A stretch of DNA of 64,000 bases from Eledone cirrhosa. Taxonomy: Eukaryota. The position numbers and the translations under genes were made by a program. This document shows positions 1 to 64,000 of this stretch, one piece after another. Each line of letters opens with the position of its first letter. The stretch's first letter is position 1. The notes beneath the pieces were generated by a model. That model did not search any database and was not told where the DNA came from. It worked only from the letters and a program-made list of their open reading frames with translations. The stretch spans positions 92,318,001-92,382,000 of the forward strand of contig OZ024743.1 of assembly GCA_964016885.1 (NCBI GenBank), written 5' to 3'.

Positions 1-464
1 TTAATTTCTAATTTTCAATCATAATTTCCACTGTGAAACCATAATACCTAGAAATAAGTATATATCTCTTAGCAGGTGATGGTCCAAGATGGTTATATTG
101 TCCAAGCGTAATTTAGGGGTAGTATTGAGACCTATTGAAACTCATACTCTCCCACCCCCACTAGGTTTCGGCCAACTGCCACTGGCAGGGCGACTAGCAG
201 TAAACTATAACCGTGTCATATTACAGACCTGGATGGGGTGATTGTTTGGTTGAGAGGGGGGGGGGGGGGCTGCCTAGGCGGGTTTCGTAGAACTTTGGGG
301 TAGTTGATGGTCAACTTCCTTCGGATTTGTACCTGCGCAGACCGGTGGGGGGTGAATTGGGACTCACAAGGGAATGGGCGAAGGATTCAAGAACACACGC
401 TTTGTCCGTTCCCATGTCGATTCAATTTGGATTGCCTCGGAAATATAACCTTATTATGTAAGAA

Positions 465-539
465 GCTGTCTGATGATGTCACGGCACTGGGTACACCAAA
501 GAGTGTGGCCACTGTCGTCATTGAAATGTGTATCACAGC
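465..539 (+). ncRNA. type I hammerhead ribozyme motif (Penelope-like element type)
   Basis: GCTGT-CTGATGA-[stem II: ACGGCA/TGTCGT]-GAAA-TGTGTA-TC-ACAGC; stem I GCTGT/ACAGC is a perfect 5-bp helix; AUC cleavage triplet at 532-534. Confidence 0.6.
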
Positions 540-594
540 ATTATCATCTGAAACTACTTCGCTTTTCTTATTCTATATATATATATATATATAT

Positions 595-1121
595 CATCAT
601 CATCATCACCGTTTAACATCCCTCTTCCCCACTAGCATGGGTTGGACGGTTTTGTCCCACTTGAGGCAAGATTGGTTGGGAAACCGTGTCTTGCTCGTAC
701 AGAACTGTTTCTGGCAGGTTTTCTACAACTGGATGCCCTTCCTAACACCAACCACATTCACGGTGTGGACTGGGAGCCTTTTTACCGTGTCTCCTACACA
801 ACCACTTTACAGTGTGGACTGGGTGCTTTTTGTCATGTCACCTACGTGTCCACTTTACAGTGGACGGAAATGGGTGGATGGAGTAGGGTGGGTGGAGTGG
901 TGTGTATATTGGGTTAAGAGGTGCCTACTGACTGTAGGTTTAAGTTTGTATGCAAGGGAAGACAGGTTTTCTGTATAACTGCATAGCGCCAAAGATCTCG
1001 ATCCAGTGACATTGTCTTAGAGAGGTGCAAGTGAGCAAGGTCAGTTTTTATCACCTCATCCCAGGTTTTTCTTGGTCTACCTACTCCATAGCTTCCATAA
1101 ATTTTGATCGCTCTGCACTTT
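595..1121 (-). mobile_element. 5'-truncated RTE LINE, long 3' UTR type, (GAT)n tail
   Basis: Reverse complement of 955-1121 matches the ORF end of the RTE at 57567-57735 (GRPRKTWD region); 595-955 matches its 3' UTR and the copy at 58084-58505. Confidence 0.85.
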
Positions 1122-1189
1122 TTTATATATATAAAGTGTTTGAGATAAAGTGTTTATCCACCCTTGCAAGCAAGGAAAATTAGGCGTAA

Positions 1190-1330
1190 AATGATTGCTA
1201 GAACACCAGAATTACTAGATCATTAGTATTGCTAAGCCACCTGAATTGCTAGAACATCAAAATTGCTAGAATACCAGAATTACTAGAATATGAGTATTGC
1301 TAGAATGCCAGAATTGCTAGAATATCAGAA
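1190..1330. repeat. 17-bp degenerate minisatellite (AATTGCTAGAACACCAG), ~8 copies
   Basis: direct tandem periodicity. Confidence 0.8.
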
Positions 1331-1338
1331 AAAATGCC

Positions 1339-1565
1339 TTAATCCTTTAGCATGTAAACCGGCTGTACCTGGCCAGAATTCTCTCACCTCTTTCTGCTCA
1401 AACTGGCCATAACCAGCCACTCATACTTATGTTAAGGTATTGTTCTCAAAATAAATAATATTAAAATCTTGTAGATTCGATATTATGCAAAATAATTATA
1501 TGAGATAAAGTGTTTACCATGAAAATAAAATAGTAAATATTAAGTAATGTAAAGCTAAAAGAGCT
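1339..1565 (+). mobile_element. TTAA-flanked MITE family 1, degraded copy
   Basis: starts TTAA-TCCTTTAGCAT; homologous to 40117-40305 and to the reverse complement of 47148-47377. Confidence 0.75.
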
Positions 1566-1690
1566 TTATATTCAGCCATGGTCAACTTTGTTCTTCATCC
1601 TTCTGTGATTGATAAAATAAGGTACCAGTTAACTACTGGTGTTGATATAATCAACTTCTTGCTCCTAAATTGTTCACCTTCTCCCTTTAT

Positions 1691-1880
1691 TGGCAGTATC
1701 GGTAGAGGGTCGGACGCCATGCTTTGACGCATAGAGTTACGGCCCTTGCCATTCTGAGTTCAAATCCCGCCGAGGTTAACTTTGCCTTTCATCCTTACGG
1801 GGTCGATAAAATAAAGTACCAGTAATGCACTGGAATAATTGCTGGCCTTGTGCCAAACGTAGAAACAATTATTATTATCA
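1691..1880 (+). mobile_element. tRNA-derived SINE
   Basis: A box TGGCAGTATCGG, B box GTTCAAATCC (1758-1767), core CTTTCATCCTTACGGGGTCGATAAAATAAAGTACC, (ATT)n tail; related copies at 3069, ~6970, 44336, 59949, 61107. Confidence 0.85.
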
Positions 1881-1959
1881 ACATCATCATCATCATTGTC
1901 TCACCATCATCATCATTACCACCACCATTACAATTATCATCATTATCACAATCATCAAA

Positions 1960-1990
<31 letters not shown>

Positions 1991-2275
1991 TCACTGTCAC
2001 CACCACTGCCAACATCATCATCATCATCACCATTATCACCATCATCATCATCGTCAACATTAGCATCACGGTCATCATCATCATCATCATTGTCATCATT
2101 AGTATTACCATCGTTATCATCATCACCGTCACTGCCACTACCACCATTATCATCATTCCCATCATCATTGTTGCCATAAATATCACCATCACCACCATCA
2201 GTCGTCATCATCATCACCACCATCAATATCACCACCACTATCACCACCATCATCACTATCATCATCATTATCATG
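1880..2275. repeat. degenerate (CAT/CAC)n trinucleotide tract
   Basis: direct inspection; explains the poly-I/D/H/S ORFs. Confidence 0.95.
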
Positions 2276-2363
2276 GTAAATACTAACATTGAGATTGCCA
2301 ATGTTTTTGTTTCGTTTTCTGTTTTATTTAACACTATTTTAAAAATCTATAATCAATTTCCAG

Positions 2364-63677
<61,314 letters not shown>

Positions 63678-63712
63678 AGCTTCAAACTCATTATTTTTAT
63701 GTGCAAAATAAT

Positions 63713-63718
63713 AATAAA
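63713..63718 (+). promoter_or_regulatory. candidate polyadenylation signal AATAAA
   Basis: AATAAA begins 36 nt after the stop codon; AT-rich context makes a chance match plausible. Confidence 0.3.
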
Positions 63719-64000
63719 AAAAAACCTAAAAAACAGAAAGAACAATTCACAAATGCATAATAATGCCTTCACACATTTTCCATGTTATTTCATATTTTGT
63801 TTTGTTTTGTTTTTAAGTTGGAGAGGAAGAGAAACTGCTTGCTAGCCATTTTTCAAACAATATCATCTTTGTCTTCTTCTACTTCTTCTTCTACTCCTTC
63901 ATTACATTTAATGACTTGCCAAGCTAATATATGTCTCGTATGCTGTGAAAAACGAAGTTACACCATTTTACTTACTCAAACATTGCTACTTGGAAGGAAG

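Noticed and set aside
304-978. 224-aa ORF
   Set aside because: It starts at TTG and crosses a (TA)n/(CAT)n tract and an antisense RTE UTR; no recognisable domain.

Overview
This is AT-rich, microsatellite-dense eukaryotic DNA. The repeat content suggests a cephalopod (Octopus-like) genome, but that assignment is inference. One protein-coding gene spans the window on the + strand: the 3' part of a BCR/ABR-family Rho GEF/GAP (end of DH, PH, C2, RhoGAP). I assembled it by hand from 17 GT-AG exons (2364..63677) with consistent phases, totalling 1743 nt = 580 aa + TGA; its 5' exons lie upstream of the window. Everything else is intronic or 3' UTR/downstream sequence. Most long ORFs in the supplied track are artefacts of tandem repeats whose period is a multiple of 3. 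The introns hold an ~18.6-kb 48-bp satellite with higher-order structure, a ~5.3-kb 30-bp G/T minisatellite, RTE and CR1-like LINE fragments, tRNA-derived SINEs and TTAA-flanked MITEs. Main leads: (1) the 48-bp monomer matches a module in the 3' UTR of an RTE LINE and in dispersed SINE-like copies, seen at 1, 2-3, ~6 and ~390 copies in the same gene; (2) that RTE has a PHD-type C4HC3 finger inserted inside its reverse transcriptase; (3) a Penelope-type hammerhead ribozyme motif at 465..539; (4) inverted RTE copies flank the in-frame-skippable exon encoding the GAP arginine finger.
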